A stretch of DNA of 64,000 bases. Source: an uncultured Solirubrobacteraceae bacterium. GTDB lineage: Bacteria > Actinomycetota > Thermoleophilia > Solirubrobacterales > Solirubrobacteraceae. Below, piece after piece: positions 39,495 through 49,035 of this stretch (positions are counted from its first letter, which is position 1; each line of letters starts with the position of its first letter). Made by a program: the position numbers and the translations under genes. The notes beneath the pieces were generated by a model that saw only the letters and a list, made by a program, of their open reading frames with translations, was not told the DNA's origin and made no database searches. The stretch spans positions 374,965-438,964 of the forward strand of contig CAWERW010000008.1 of NCBI GenBank assembly GCA_963811595.1. Direction: 5' to 3'.

Positions 39495-40644
39495 GCGATT
39501 TCACCGCGCGCAGCGTCACATGCCCGCCCTGGGCGACGTTGAGCAACAGCCCCATCGAGCACAGCAGCACGATCAGCGAGCTCGAGCCGGAGGAGATGAA
39601 CGGCAGCGGCACGCCCGTGAGGGGCGCGAGGCCGAGGACGGTGTAGATGTTGAGCAGCGCTTGGCACAGGATCAGGCTCGTGAGGCCGGCGGCGAGCAGC
39701 TTGGCGTAGGCGCCCCTGGCGGCCTTGGCGGTCCGCAGCCCCGCGTACCCGATCATGCCGTAGAGGGCGAGCAGGACGCAGATCCCCGCCACGCCCAGCT
39801 CCTCGCCGATGACGGCGAGGATGAAGTCGGTGTGGGCCTCGGGGAGATAGAAGATCTTCTGCACCGACTGCCCCGGCCCGAGCCCGAAGAACCCGCCCGA
39901 GCCGAGCGCGATCTGGCCCTGGACGGACTGGAACCCGATGGTGCCCGCGTGGTCCCACGGGTTGATGAACGCCGTCAAGCGCGCGCGCCGGTACGGCTCG
40001 AGGATCGCGAAGACGAGCACGAGGAAGGCGCCGACCGCCGCCACCAGCCCGAGCTGGCGCAGCGGCATCCCCGCCGCGACGAGCATCGCGGCGAGCGTGA
40101 AGCTGATCACGAGCGCGGTGCCGAGATCCGGCTGCGCGGCGATCAGCAGCACCGCCGCGGCGCCCACGCCCATCACCGGGCCGGCCGCGGTGCGGAGGTT
40201 GTGGGCGATCTTCGGCCGCGCGGAGATGACCGCCGCCGAGTGGAGGACGAGCGCCAGCTTCATCAGCTCGGCGGGCTGGAACTGGAGCGGGCCGGCCCCG
40301 ATCCAGCGGCGCGCGCCGTTGATCTTCACCCCGATCCCCGGGATCAGCACGAGCAGCAGCAGGACGAACGAGATCAGCAGCAGATACGGCGTGTAGCGGC
40401 GGACGTGCTCGAGGCCCTGGCGGGCGATCACCTGCATGGCGATCAACCCGACCGCGCCGTACGCGAGGTACTTGACGAGGTAGGCGGTGCCGTCGCCGTC
40501 GCCCTGCAGCAGCGTGCGGGCGCTCGACGCCGAGTACACCATCACCGCGCCGCCCGCGAGCAGGCAGAGCGTGGCGGTGAGCAGCAGCCGGTGCTCGAGC
40601 GGCTGCGGCTGCTGGCGTCTTTGCATCGGAGCTGGTTTCGACAC
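39388..40644 (-). CDS. ftsW: peptidoglycan glycosyltransferase FtsW (SEDS family)
   Basis: ..MVYSASS..FQPAELMKLALVL..PDLGTAL..LPEAHTDFILAVIGEELG... I pick GTG 40644 (GGAGG about 11 nt upstream); ATG 40626 is the alternative. The 3' tail overlaps murG by 107 nt. Confidence 0.85.
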   Translation of the reverse strand: MSKPAPMQRRQQPQPLEHRLLLTATLCLLAGGAVMVYSASSARTLLQGDGDGTAYLVKYLAYGAVGLIAMQVIARQGLEHVRRYTPYLLLISFVLLLLVLIPGIGVKINGARRWIGAGPLQFQPAELMKLALVLHSAAVISARPKIAHNLRTAAGPVMGVGAAAVLLIAAQPDLGTALVISFTLAAMLVAAGMPLRQLGLVAAVGAFLVLVFAILEPYRRARLTAFINPWDHAGTIGFQSVQGQIALGSGGFFGLGPGQSVQKIFYLPEAHTDFILAVIGEELGVAGICVLLALYGMIGYAGLRTAKAARGAYAKLLAAGLTSLILCQALLNIYTVLGLAPLTGVPLPFISSGSSSLIVLLCSMGLLLNVAQGGHVTLRAVKSRDGNQRSKAADDRDRRRRDSGPRRTGAGNRRRAAG

Positions 40645-40670
40645 GCCGCCGATGCCCTCCTGCCGGGTCT

Positions 40671-42026
40671 TCACCCCATGAGGGCGCGAAAGTGCTCGCC
40701 GCGCGCCTCGTAGTCGGCGTATTGGTCGAACGAGGCGCACGCGGGCGAGAGCAGCACGACCTCGCCGGGACCGGCGGCGGCGCGGGCGGCCGCGACCGCG
40801 CGCTCGAGGTCGCCGCAGTCGTGGAGCGGGACGCCGGTGCCCGCCAGCGCCGCCCGGATGGCGGGCGCGGTCTCCCCGATCAGGTAGACGGCGAGCGCGC
40901 GCTGCGCCACCGGGGCGGAGAGCGGCGCGAAGTCGGCGCCCTTGGCGCTGCCGCCCAGGATCAGGTGCAGGCCGCCCTCGAACGCCTCGATGCCGGCGAT
41001 CGCGGAGGCGACGTTGGTCGCCTTGGAGTCGTTGATGTAGAGCACGCCGTCGCGGGTGGCGACCTCCTCGAGCCGGTGGGCGACGCCGGCGAACGTCGCG
41101 AGCCCCTCGCGCACGGCGTCGGGAGCGAGCCCGCGGGCCAGCGCGACCGCGGCGGCCGCCATCGCGTTCTCGCGGTTGTGCGCCCCGCGGAGGCGGAGCT
41201 CGTCGTGGGCGATGAGCCGCGCGCCGTCCCACCACAGCGCCCCGTCGCGGTCGACGAGCCGCGCGCCGGGGTCGTCGCAGAGCCTTCCGCGTTCCCCCTC
41301 GGCGGCACGTACGAAGAAGACGCGCTCGCCCTCGCCGCCCACGTCGCCGGCGAGCTCCGCGGGCGCCACGGCCACGCTCCCGGGCGGCTGGCGGGCGAAG
41401 ACCTCGAGCTTGGCGGCCTTGTAGGCGTCGAACGTGCCGTGGCGGTCGAGATGGTCCTCGGCCAGGTTGAGCAGCACGCCGGCGTCGGGCGCGAACGCGA
41501 GCGTGTCCTCGAGCTGGAACGACGACGCCTCGCAGACCACGACCGTCGCCGGCGGCAGTTCCGTGCCCACGAGCGAGGTGAGCGCGGTGCCGACGTTGCC
41601 GACGACCACCGCCGGCCGGCCCGCGACCCGATGCAGGTGGCCGAGCAGCTCGACCGTCGTCGTCTTCCCGTTCGACCCCGTCACCGCGATCGTGTCGTTG
41701 GGGACGAGCCGCCAGCCCAGCTCGAGCTCCCCGAGCACCGGCACGCCTGCCGCGCGCGCGGCGGCGACGACCGGCGCCTGGGCCGGCACGCCCGGGCTCT
41801 TGACGACCGCGCGCGCCCCGGGCAGCAGCTCGAGCCCCGTCGCACCCGCGTGCACGGCCACGCCGGCCGCCTCCAGCTCGGCCCGCCGCGCCTCCGGCAC
41901 CGCGCCCGAGTCGCAGCCCACCACCTCCGCCCCGAGCGACCGCAGCGCGCGCGCCGCGGCCACCCCCGACCGGGCGAGCCCGACGACGAGGAACGGACCG
42001 TCGGGCAGAGGCGGGCGCGGGACCAC
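40671..42026 (-). CDS. murD: UDP-N-acetylmuramoylalanine--D-glutamate ligase
   Basis: VVGLARSGVAAARAL..IAVTGSNGKTTTVELL... Confidence 0.9.
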   Translation of the reverse strand: MVPRPPLPDGPFLVVGLARSGVAAARALRSLGAEVVGCDSGAVPEARRAELEAAGVAVHAGATGLELLPGARAVVKSPGVPAQAPVVAAARAAGVPVLGELELGWRLVPNDTIAVTGSNGKTTTVELLGHLHRVAGRPAVVVGNVGTALTSLVGTELPPATVVVCEASSFQLEDTLAFAPDAGVLLNLAEDHLDRHGTFDAYKAAKLEVFARQPPGSVAVAPAELAGDVGGEGERVFFVRAAEGERGRLCDDPGARLVDRDGALWWDGARLIAHDELRLRGAHNRENAMAAAAVALARGLAPDAVREGLATFAGVAHRLEEVATRDGVLYINDSKATNVASAIAGIEAFEGGLHLILGGSAKGADFAPLSAPVAQRALAVYLIGETAPAIRAALAGTGVPLHDCGDLERAVAAARAAAGPGEVVLLSPACASFDQYADYEARGEHFRALMG

Positions 42027-42212
42027 GCCGCCATTGTGGCGGCCGGTCAGGCGGCTTCCGGCGGTGGCGGTGCCTCCGGCGACGTCAACGGCGGCGGGGT
42101 AGGGAAGCGGGTTCGTACGCCCCCGGCGCCGAGTCCTCCCCGTTGATCCCGCTATGCGGGATGAATAGGGAGGACTTGCCGAAGCGGGACGGTGTCAGGC
42201 CTTATACGCGCC

Positions 42213-42521
42213 TCAGGCCGCCGCCTCCGCCGGCTCCGGCCGCAGCCTCGCCTCGGGGTCGGCGCGGCCGCCCTCGAACTCGAGGCCCTCCGCCTCGAGG
42301 CGGCGGCGGACCTCAGCCGGGTCGCCGAGCGCGGTGCCGCCGATACTGCCGTCGGTCTTGAGCACCCGGTGGGCGCCGGGCGTCTCGGCGCGGATGAAGC
42401 GCTGGTTGAGCGCCCGCGCGTGGCGGTCGGTGCCGCCGGCGGCGCGCGCGACGTCGCCGTAGCTCATCCAGCGGCCGCTCGGGATGGCGGCCACGATCTC
42501 GTCCAGCCGGTCCGGGTCCAT
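42213..42521 (-). CDS. MGMT-family / alkyltransferase-like (ATL) DNA-binding protein lacking the acceptor Cys
   Basis: [22 protein letters not shown]......[15 protein letters not shown] matches the MGMT DNA-binding domain, but the PCHRV site reads GAHRV. Confidence 0.7.
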   Translation of the reverse strand: MDPDRLDEIVAAIPSGRWMSYGDVARAAGGTDRHARALNQRFIRAETPGAHRVLKTDGSIGGTALGDPAEVRRRLEAEGLEFEGGRADPEARLRPEPAEAAA

Positions 42522-42654
42522 CGTCGCTCTCCTGTCTCGGGGTCATGGCGCCCGACGCTACGGCCGCCGGCGCTGGATCCGGCCTGGTGGGCGTGTTTCG
42601 GCGCAGAATCGGCGCGCGCGGGGCGCGAAGCCGGCGCGGCGTGTGACACGTCCC

Positions 42655-43100
42655 TTCAGAACTACGACGACGTCGGGCTCCCGCCGGCGACGCGCTGCTC
42701 GTCCGCCTCCGCACGCGAGCTCGAGCGCGTCGATCGACACCGCGGCGCCGCCTACCGCCTCGGCGGCGACGAGTTCGCGTCCTGCTCGACGGGCGAGGCG
42801 ACGACACCGAGAGCGCGCTGGCCGCCGCGTAGTCGCGCTCACCGACCGCGACCACGGCTTCGACGTCGGCTGACTCGCACGGCGCCGCGCCGCCTGCCCG
42901 CCGAGGCCGACGACGCGCGCCGCACGCGCTACTCGCTCGCCGACCGGCCCTGTACCCGAGTAAGTTCGAGAGCCGCGGCGACGCGATCACCAGCAGACCT
43001 GCGACGCGCTGCTGAGGTGCTGCACGAGCGCAGCCCGACCGGCGACCACGTCGGCGACGTCGCCGAGCCGCACGCGGATCAGCGATACGACTCGGGCTAG
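42655..43100 (+). pseudogene. decayed fragment of a GGDEF/HD-GYP gene (paralogue of 32034..34022)
   Basis: Pieces are readable only by frame-hopping: PAGDALLVRL, AAYRLGGDEFA, LTDRDHGFDVG, PAEADDA, ALYPSKFESRGD. The 20 nt gccggcgacgcgctgctcgt are identical to the intact gene. No TM region, first half of GGDEF, or HD-GYP core is present. Confidence 0.5.
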
Positions 43101-43197
43101 AAGCGACAGCCGAAGACGCCGCGGCGGAGGCAAGCGGCCATCCGGACGACGACGTCGTCGGCGCGCTGCCCGCCGAGGTGACGCCCCGGCCGGCGCT

Positions 43198-44166
43198 TCA
43201 GCTCGTCAGCGACTGCTGATACAGCGTGAAGCCGATCGCGCTGCAGACAGCGGCGACGATCCAGAAGCGCAGGATGATCTTCGTCTCCGACCACGCGCGG
43301 AGCTCGAAGTGGTGGTGGATCGGCGCCATCAGGAACACGCGCTTGCGGAAGGCCTGGAACGAAGCGACCTGGATCAGCACCGACAGCGCCTCGATCACGA
43401 AGATGCCGCCGAGGATGATCAGCAGCACCTCGGTCTTGGTCATCACCGCGAGCCCCGCGATCGCGCCGCCCAGCCCCAGCGACCCGGTGTCGCCCATGAA
43501 GATCGAGGCCGGGAACGAGTTGAACCAGAGGAAGCCCACGCACGCGCCGACCAGGCACGAGGCGACCAGGGCGAGGTCGAACTGGCGCGTCGTGAACGTG
43601 ATCGCGATGTAGGCGAGCAGCACGATCGCCGCGCAGCCGGCCGCCAGCCCGTCGAGCCCGTCGGTCAGGTTGACCGCCGAGGTCGTGCCCGCCAGCACGA
43701 GGTAGATGAAGACCGGATACAGGTAGCCGAGGTCGATGCGGGCGTCGATGATGCGCAGATCGACGGTGTCGGGCAGCTCCGCCCAGCGCGTCGCGACGAG
43801 CCACAGCCCGACCGCGATCGCGACCGTGGCGACGAGCTTGGTGCGCGCGCGCAGGCCCAGCGACCGCCGCCTGATGATCTTCGTGAAGTCGTCGGCGAAG
43901 CCGAGCAGCGCACAGGCGAGGGCGACCCCGAAGACGCCGATCGCGCGCGGCGTGAACTCGGTCAGCAGCAGGAACGGGACCGCGATCGCGGTGAAGATGA
44001 TGATCCCGCCCATCGTCGGCGTGCCCGCCTTCGCGTGGTGCTCCTGCGGCCCCTCCTCGCGGATGTGCTGGCCGAACTCGCGCTCGCGCAGGAACGAGAT
44101 GAACTGCGGCGACAGGAAGATGCACATCAGCAGGGACGCCGTCCCCGCGATCAGGACCTCGCCCAT
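43198..44166 (-). CDS. mraY: phospho-N-acetylmuramoyl-pentapeptide transferase
   Basis: ..GTPTMGGIIIF..ADDFTKI..NLTDGLDGLA..FMGDTGSLGLGG... Confidence 0.9.
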   Translation of the reverse strand: MGEVLIAGTASLLMCIFLSPQFISFLREREFGQHIREEGPQEHHAKAGTPTMGGIIIFTAIAVPFLLLTEFTPRAIGVFGVALACALLGFADDFTKIIRRRSLGLRARTKLVATVAIAVGLWLVATRWAELPDTVDLRIIDARIDLGYLYPVFIYLVLAGTTSAVNLTDGLDGLAAGCAAIVLLAYIAITFTTRQFDLALVASCLVGACVGFLWFNSFPASIFMGDTGSLGLGGAIAGLAVMTKTEVLLIILGGIFVIEALSVLIQVASFQAFRKRVFLMAPIHHHFELRAWSETKIILRFWIVAAVCSAIGFTLYQQSLTS

Positions 44167-46973
44167 CAGCCCGCGGCCTGCAGCGCTTCGGTGACGACCT
44201 CGAGCCCGACGCCGCGCGAGCCCTTGACGAGCACGACGTCGCCGGCCATCACGAGCTCCGGCAGCAGCGCGGCCGCCTCCTGCGCGTCGAGCACGGCGTG
44301 CGACTCGCCGTCGAACGCGTCGAGCATCGCGGCCGCGCGCGGGCCGACGGTGACGAGCAGGTCGACCCCCGCCGTCGCGGCGTAGGCGCCGATCTCGCGG
44401 TGGTGCTCGCGCTCGGCAGGGCCGAGCTCGAGCATGTCGCCGAGCACCGCGACGCGGCGGCCCTCGGCATCGTGCGAGGCGAGATCATCAAGGGCGGCGC
44501 GCATGGACAGCGGGTTGGCGTTGTAGCAGTCGTTGATGACGACAGCCCCGATCCCGAGCGCGACGCGCTCCCCGCGCATCGACGAGAAGCGGACGTCGAT
44601 CTTGCCGCTCGGATGGACGCCGATGGCGTGCGCGGCGGCCAGGGCGGCGAGCGAGTTGAGCAGGTTGTGCTCCTGGCTGAACGGCAGCTCGAGCTCGACC
44701 CGCTCGCCCTGCGCGATCACGACGTGGTGGGTCGGCAGCGCATCGGGCACCACGCCGTACTTCAGCGACGAGCCCTCGAAGTGGACGTCGCCGCCGGGGC
44801 CGAAGGTGACGATCTCGAGGTCGTCGCGCAGCCACGGCTCGAGCAGCGGCTCGTCGGAGGGCACCACGCCGGTGCTGCCCGCGCGCATGCCGTCGAGCAG
44901 CTCCGCCTTGGCGGCGGCGACGCCCTCGAGCGAGCCGAGCTGCTCGAGGTGGACGGGGCCGATGTTCGTGATCACGCCGACGTCGGGCTCGCAGATCGCG
45001 GCGAGCTCGGCGATCTGCCCCGCCCCGCGCATCGCGAGCTCGAGCACGAGCACCTCGGTGCCCCACGGCGCCGCCAGCACCTCGAGCGGGAGCCCGATCT
45101 CGGTGTTGAAGTTCTCGCGCGAGGCCGCGACCTGGCGGTGCGGCGCGATCATCGCCGTGATCAGGTCCTTCGTCGACGTCTTGCCGACCGAGCCGGTGAC
45201 CGCGATCACGAACGCGGCGAGGTCCTGCCGCCAGCCGCGGGCGAGCGCGCCGAGCGCCGGCACCGGCGTCTCCGAGGCGATCACCGCGCCGCCGTCGCCC
45301 GCGAGCAGCTCGTCGACCCACTGCGGCGTCACCACCGCGCCCCAGGCGCCCGCGTCGAGCGCCTCTGCCGCGAACGCCCCGCCGTCGACGTTCTCGCCCG
45401 GGAGGCCGAAGAAGAGGTCGCCCGGCTGGACGCCGCGCGAGTCGATCACCGCGCGCGCGGGCCCGCCGGCGGCGCGCCCGCCGGCCTGCTCGCGCACGAG
45501 CTGCGCGCCGGCGGTCCCCGCCACGCGCTGGGCGCTCCAGTGCTTCATGCCTGTGCCTTGCGCCGCCGCCTGCAGCGCCTCGCGCGCCACGGTCACGTCA
45601 TCGAACGGCTCCTTGCGGCCGCCCTCGAACTCCTGCCCCTGCTCGTGGCCCTTGCCCGCGATCACGACGATGTCGCCTTCGCGCGCCATCGTCATCGCGC
45701 GGCCGATCGCGACCCGCCGGTCGACCTCGAGCTCGACCGCGCCCTCGCGGACGCCGGCCGCGACCTCGAGCACGATCGCCTCGGGGTCCTCGGAGCGCGG
45801 GTTGTCGGAGGTGATGATCGCGTGGTCGGCCAGCCGTGCCCCGATCTCCCCCATCAGCGGGCGCTTGCCCTGGTCGCGGTCCCCGCCCGCGCCGAACACG
45901 ACGATCACACGGCCCTCGGCGACCGCCCGCGCGGAGCGCAGGACGTTCTCGAGCGCCCCCGGCTTGTGCGCGTAGTCGACGACGACGGCGAACGGCTGGC
46001 CCTCGTCGACCGGCTCGAAGCGCCCCGGCACCTTCGGCGGCTCGGTGAGGGTGCCGAGCAAGGCGTCGATGTCGGCGCCCAATGCGCGCGCGGCCGCCCA
46101 CGCGCCCAGGGCGTTGAGGACGTTGAAGCGACCGGGCAAGCCGAGGCGAACAGACCATTCGCCTTCCTCACTGCGCAGTTTGAAGTCCGAGCCCGCCGCG
46201 TCGGAGCGGAGGTCGACGGCCCGGAGATCTCCGCGCTCGATCCCGAACGTCTGCGTGCCGGGGAACTCGCTCGCCAGCCGGCGCCCGTACTCGTCATCCG
46301 CGCAGGCGATCCGCACCTCCGGGCCGGTCTCGAACAGCTTGCGCTTGGCCAGGAAGTAGCTCTCCATGTCCGGGTGGAAGTCGAGGTGGTCCTGGCTGAG
46401 GTTCGTGAACACGGCGGCCGCGCAGTGGATCCCCTCCGCGCGCCGCAGCTCCAGCGCGTGCGAGGAGATCTCCATCGCGCACGCTGCGTCGCCGCCGTCG
46501 AGCATCTCCCGGAACGTGCGCTGGAGGTCGATCGCCTCCGGCGTCGTGCGCTGGACCGGGCGCGCCTCGCCGCCCACGATCGACGTGACGGTGCCGAGCA
46601 GCCCGGTCTGGATCCCCGCCGCCTCGAGCATCGCCCGAGCGAGCCACGCCGTCGTCGTCTTGCCGCTCGTGCCGGTGATGCCGACCACGCGCAGCTCGGC
46701 GGTCGGGTCGCCGTAGAAGCGCGCGGCGGCGTGGGCCATGGCGGCGCGCATGTCCTCGACCTGGACCTCGGGGACGCCGAGGCCGAGCTCGTGGCAGACG
46801 ACGAGCGCGGCCGCCCCGCGCGCGACCGCGTCAGGCGCGAAGTCATGGCCGTCGCGCGTGAAGCCGGGGACGCAGAAGAACAGCGTGCCTGGCTCCACCG
46901 CGCGGTTGTCGAAGGCGAGGCCGGTGATCTCGACGTCGTCCGGGCCGTCGCCGAGCAGCTCGCGCAGCGTCAT
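44166..46973 (-). CDS. murE-murF: fused MurE (UDP-MurNAc-L-Ala-D-Glu:meso-DAP ligase; 45549..46973) and MurF (UDP-MurNAc-tripeptide:D-Ala-D-Ala ligase; 44166..45548) in one ORF
   Basis: MurE part: ..VGITGTSGKTTTAWL..DYAHKPGAL..DNPRSEDP... MurF part: ..IAVTGSVGKTSTKDL..NDCYNANP... The junction ..REALQAAAQGTG-MKHWSAQRV.. has no stop codon. The other 677 upstream codons of the 1612-aa track ORF are antisense artefact. Confidence 0.85.
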   Translation of the reverse strand: MTLRELLGDGPDDVEITGLAFDNRAVEPGTLFFCVPGFTRDGHDFAPDAVARGAAALVVCHELGLGVPEVQVEDMRAAMAHAAARFYGDPTAELRVVGITGTSGKTTTAWLARAMLEAAGIQTGLLGTVTSIVGGEARPVQRTTPEAIDLQRTFREMLDGGDAACAMEISSHALELRRAEGIHCAAAVFTNLSQDHLDFHPDMESYFLAKRKLFETGPEVRIACADDEYGRRLASEFPGTQTFGIERGDLRAVDLRSDAAGSDFKLRSEEGEWSVRLGLPGRFNVLNALGAWAAARALGADIDALLGTLTEPPKVPGRFEPVDEGQPFAVVVDYAHKPGALENVLRSARAVAEGRVIVVFGAGGDRDQGKRPLMGEIGARLADHAIITSDNPRSEDPEAIVLEVAAGVREGAVELEVDRRVAIGRAMTMAREGDIVVIAGKGHEQGQEFEGGRKEPFDDVTVAREALQAAAQGTGMKHWSAQRVAGTAGAQLVREQAGGRAAGGPARAVIDSRGVQPGDLFFGLPGENVDGGAFAAEALDAGAWGAVVTPQWVDELLAGDGGAVIASETPVPALGALARGWRQDLAAFVIAVTGSVGKTSTKDLITAMIAPHRQVAASRENFNTEIGLPLEVLAAPWGTEVLVLELAMRGAGQIAELAAICEPDVGVITNIGPVHLEQLGSLEGVAAAKAELLDGMRAGSTGVVPSDEPLLEPWLRDDLEIVTFGPGGDVHFEGSSLKYGVVPDALPTHHVVIAQGERVELELPFSQEHNLLNSLAALAAAHAIGVHPSGKIDVRFSSMRGERVALGIGAVVINDCYNANPLSMRAALDDLASHDAEGRRVAVLGDMLELGPAEREHHREIGAYAATAGVDLLVTVGPRAAAMLDAFDGESHAVLDAQEAAALLPELVMAGDVVLVKGSRGVGLEVVTEALQAAG

Positions 46974-46984
46974 CGCGCCGCAGT

Positions 46985-47782
46985 CTACGGGCGCTCCTGG
47001 TCGTACAGCCGGAGCGCGAACTGCCCCGCGGGGTGCTCGCGCATCGCCCTCACCTCGTCGTCGAACGGCGCGGGCAGCTCGTCGGGCTGCGGGAGCGGCA
47101 CGCCGTAGCGCGGCGGCACGAGCACGGCCGCCGCCAGCGAGGCGAACGCGAGGTCGGCGGCGGTGAAGTGGTCGCCGCAGAGGAAGCGCCGCCCGTCGTC
47201 GAGGCGCGCAGCGACGCCGTCGAACTCCTCCCGCACGCGGTCGCGCGTCGAGGCGGCGCTCGCCTCGTCGGCGTCGGTCCGGCGCACGATCACGCGCCGC
47301 ATCAGCGGCAGCATCATGGGCAGCCCGGCGCGCTCCCAGCGCGGGACGCCGGGCGCGCCGTAGGCGCGGATGAGATCCGGTCGTCCGAGCATCCGGTGGT
47401 ACATCCAGGCGCGCGCGTCGGGCCCGAGCCGCGCGTCGAAGCGCGCCTCGAGCGCGGCCGCCAGCGGGTTGCGGTACAGCCCGAGACCGGCGCGCGAGTC
47501 CGCGAAGCGCACGATCTGGGCCGACTCGCGCAGCGAGCCCTTCGACGTGACGAGCACCGGCGCGGTCCAGCTCCTGCCCGCGCGCCGCACGTGCGCGCAG
47601 TGGATCACCGGCAGGTGGGGCTCCTCGCTGTAGGGCAGCTCGGCCAGCTCGAGCGCCCAGCGGGCCTTCTCGCAGAAGTGGCTGATCGGGATCGTGACGA
47701 GGCGGAGGTCCGACACGGGGACCTGAAACGCGTCGGCGAACGAAAGCTGGTGCGGGGTCAAGACCCCATATTCTCCGCCCAT
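46985..47782 (-). CDS. glutathione S-transferase family protein (start uncertain)
   Basis: ..VTIPISHFCEKARWALE.. (thioredoxin-like N-domain) and ..FLCGDHFTAADLAFASL.. (GST C-domain). ATG 47782 overlaps the divergent ATG 47781 (CATG); a TTG or GTG start a few codons downstream is equally possible. Confidence 0.65.
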   Translation of the reverse strand: MGGEYGVLTPHQLSFADAFQVPVSDLRLVTIPISHFCEKARWALELAELPYSEEPHLPVIHCAHVRRAGRSWTAPVLVTSKGSLRESAQIVRFADSRAGLGLYRNPLAAALEARFDARLGPDARAWMYHRMLGRPDLIRAYGAPGVPRWERAGLPMMLPLMRRVIVRRTDADEASAASTRDRVREEFDGVAARLDDGRRFLCGDHFTAADLAFASLAAAVLVPPRYGVPLPQPDELPAPFDDEVRAMREHPAGQFALRLYDQERP

Positions 47783-49026
47783 GCGGTGGCTGTGCGCTGC
47801 ACTGCTCGCGCTCCTCCTGGCCGCGCCGGCGAGCGCGCACGAGCTCGCGCGCATCGACGTGGGCGAGAACCGGGCGTTCGCGCTCGCCGGCGAGCGGACC
47901 CTGATGTGGGTCTACGACGGCGGGACCCTGGCGGTCCGCGAGCCCGACGGCACGCGGCGCGTCCTCTACCGGGCGCGCCGGTTCCGCGGCCAGCAGTCGC
48001 TGATCAGCGACGTCGCCGTCTCGGACTCGCAGCTCGCGATCCTGACCGAGGGCTACGACGCCGTGGGCGAGGGCGGCCAGGAATGGAGCAGCCTGCGCGT
48101 CGGGCCGTTCGACGGGCCCTACGAGGTGGTCGGAGGGAGCGAGGGCGGCGGCACCTCGATCGGCCCGATCGCGATCGAGCAGGCCGGCGCGGGGCTGGTC
48201 GTCACCAACCAGGAGCGCGACAACCGGCTCACGCTCGAGCTGCGGCCCGCGGACGGCGCGCCACCCGTGCGGCTCGGCGCGGGCGGGCGCGGGCTGGCCG
48301 TCAACGGGCGCTTCGCGGCCATGCGGACGTTCGACCGCGCCGCGGTGTACGACCTCGAGGCGCGCACGCGCGTGACGAGCGTGAAGATCGCCTCCGACCC
48401 GGCGTCCTCGCCGGGCCCGGTCGGCGTGACCGCGAGCGGCGTGCTCCTCCACGTCGACCCGGCCGGGCGGCTGCGCGCCGCGGGGACGGTACGCATGCGG
48501 GGCATCGAGGACATCGTCGCGGTCGTCGGCGAGCGCGCGTACGTCGTGCAGCGGATCGCGACCACGCCGTTCAACTCGCTCGACCGCCTGTGGTCGCTCG
48601 ATCTCGCGAGCGGCGAGGCGAAGCCGCTCACCGCCGCGCTCGACACCGCCCAGTTCCAGACCGACGGCACGCGGCTGCTCTACACCTCCGGCGGCTGCGT
48701 CGCGTACGGCGACCTGCCCGCCGAGGCGCCCCAGACCACGCCCGCCTGCCCGCGCGAGCGCCTCAGCTTCGACGTCAACGAGAGTGCAGCGCCGCCCGCG
48801 CGTGCGCATGTGGGTCAGCTGCCCGGGCGCGAGCGGCGACGCGCCGTGTACGGGCACCGCGCGGCTGACCTCGAAGGGGCGGCGGCTCGCCACCTGGCGC
48901 TTCCGCGCGAGAGGCGGGAGCAGGGCCACGCGTGTGTTGCGCGTGCGCCGCCCGCCCCGGCGCGCACGCCTGCGCATCACCGCCACGGACGGCACGCGCA
49001 TCACGCGCCGGATCGTCTTCCGCTAA
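47781..49026 (+). pseudogene. secreted hypothetical protein whose Arg-rich C-terminal module is in the +1 frame (break near 48780)
   Basis: Signal peptide MRWLCAALLALLLAAPASA. Sensible sequence in the starting frame runs to ..CPRERLSFDVNE; then that frame turns to Arg-rich nonsense running over the next gene. The next frame reads VQRRPRVRMWVSCPGASGDAPCTGTARL..RARLRITATDGTRITRRIVFR*. Confidence 0.55.
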
Positions 49027-49035
49027 TACAAGGCC

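Noticed and set aside
42192-43100. 302-aa plus-strand ORF as an intact gene
   Set aside because: Its 5' two-thirds is antisense to the ATL-like gene or non-coding. Only scattered GGDEF-like pieces appear, and neighbouring pieces lie in other frames. It is better explained as a decayed fragment.
46974-49004. Upstream 677 codons of the 1612-aa ORF 44166..49004
   Set aside because: This stretch is Arg-rich nonsense, antisense or out of frame relative to the GST-like and secreted-protein genes. The real MurE N-terminus (MTLRELLGDG..) begins at 46973, 11 nt after the GST stop.
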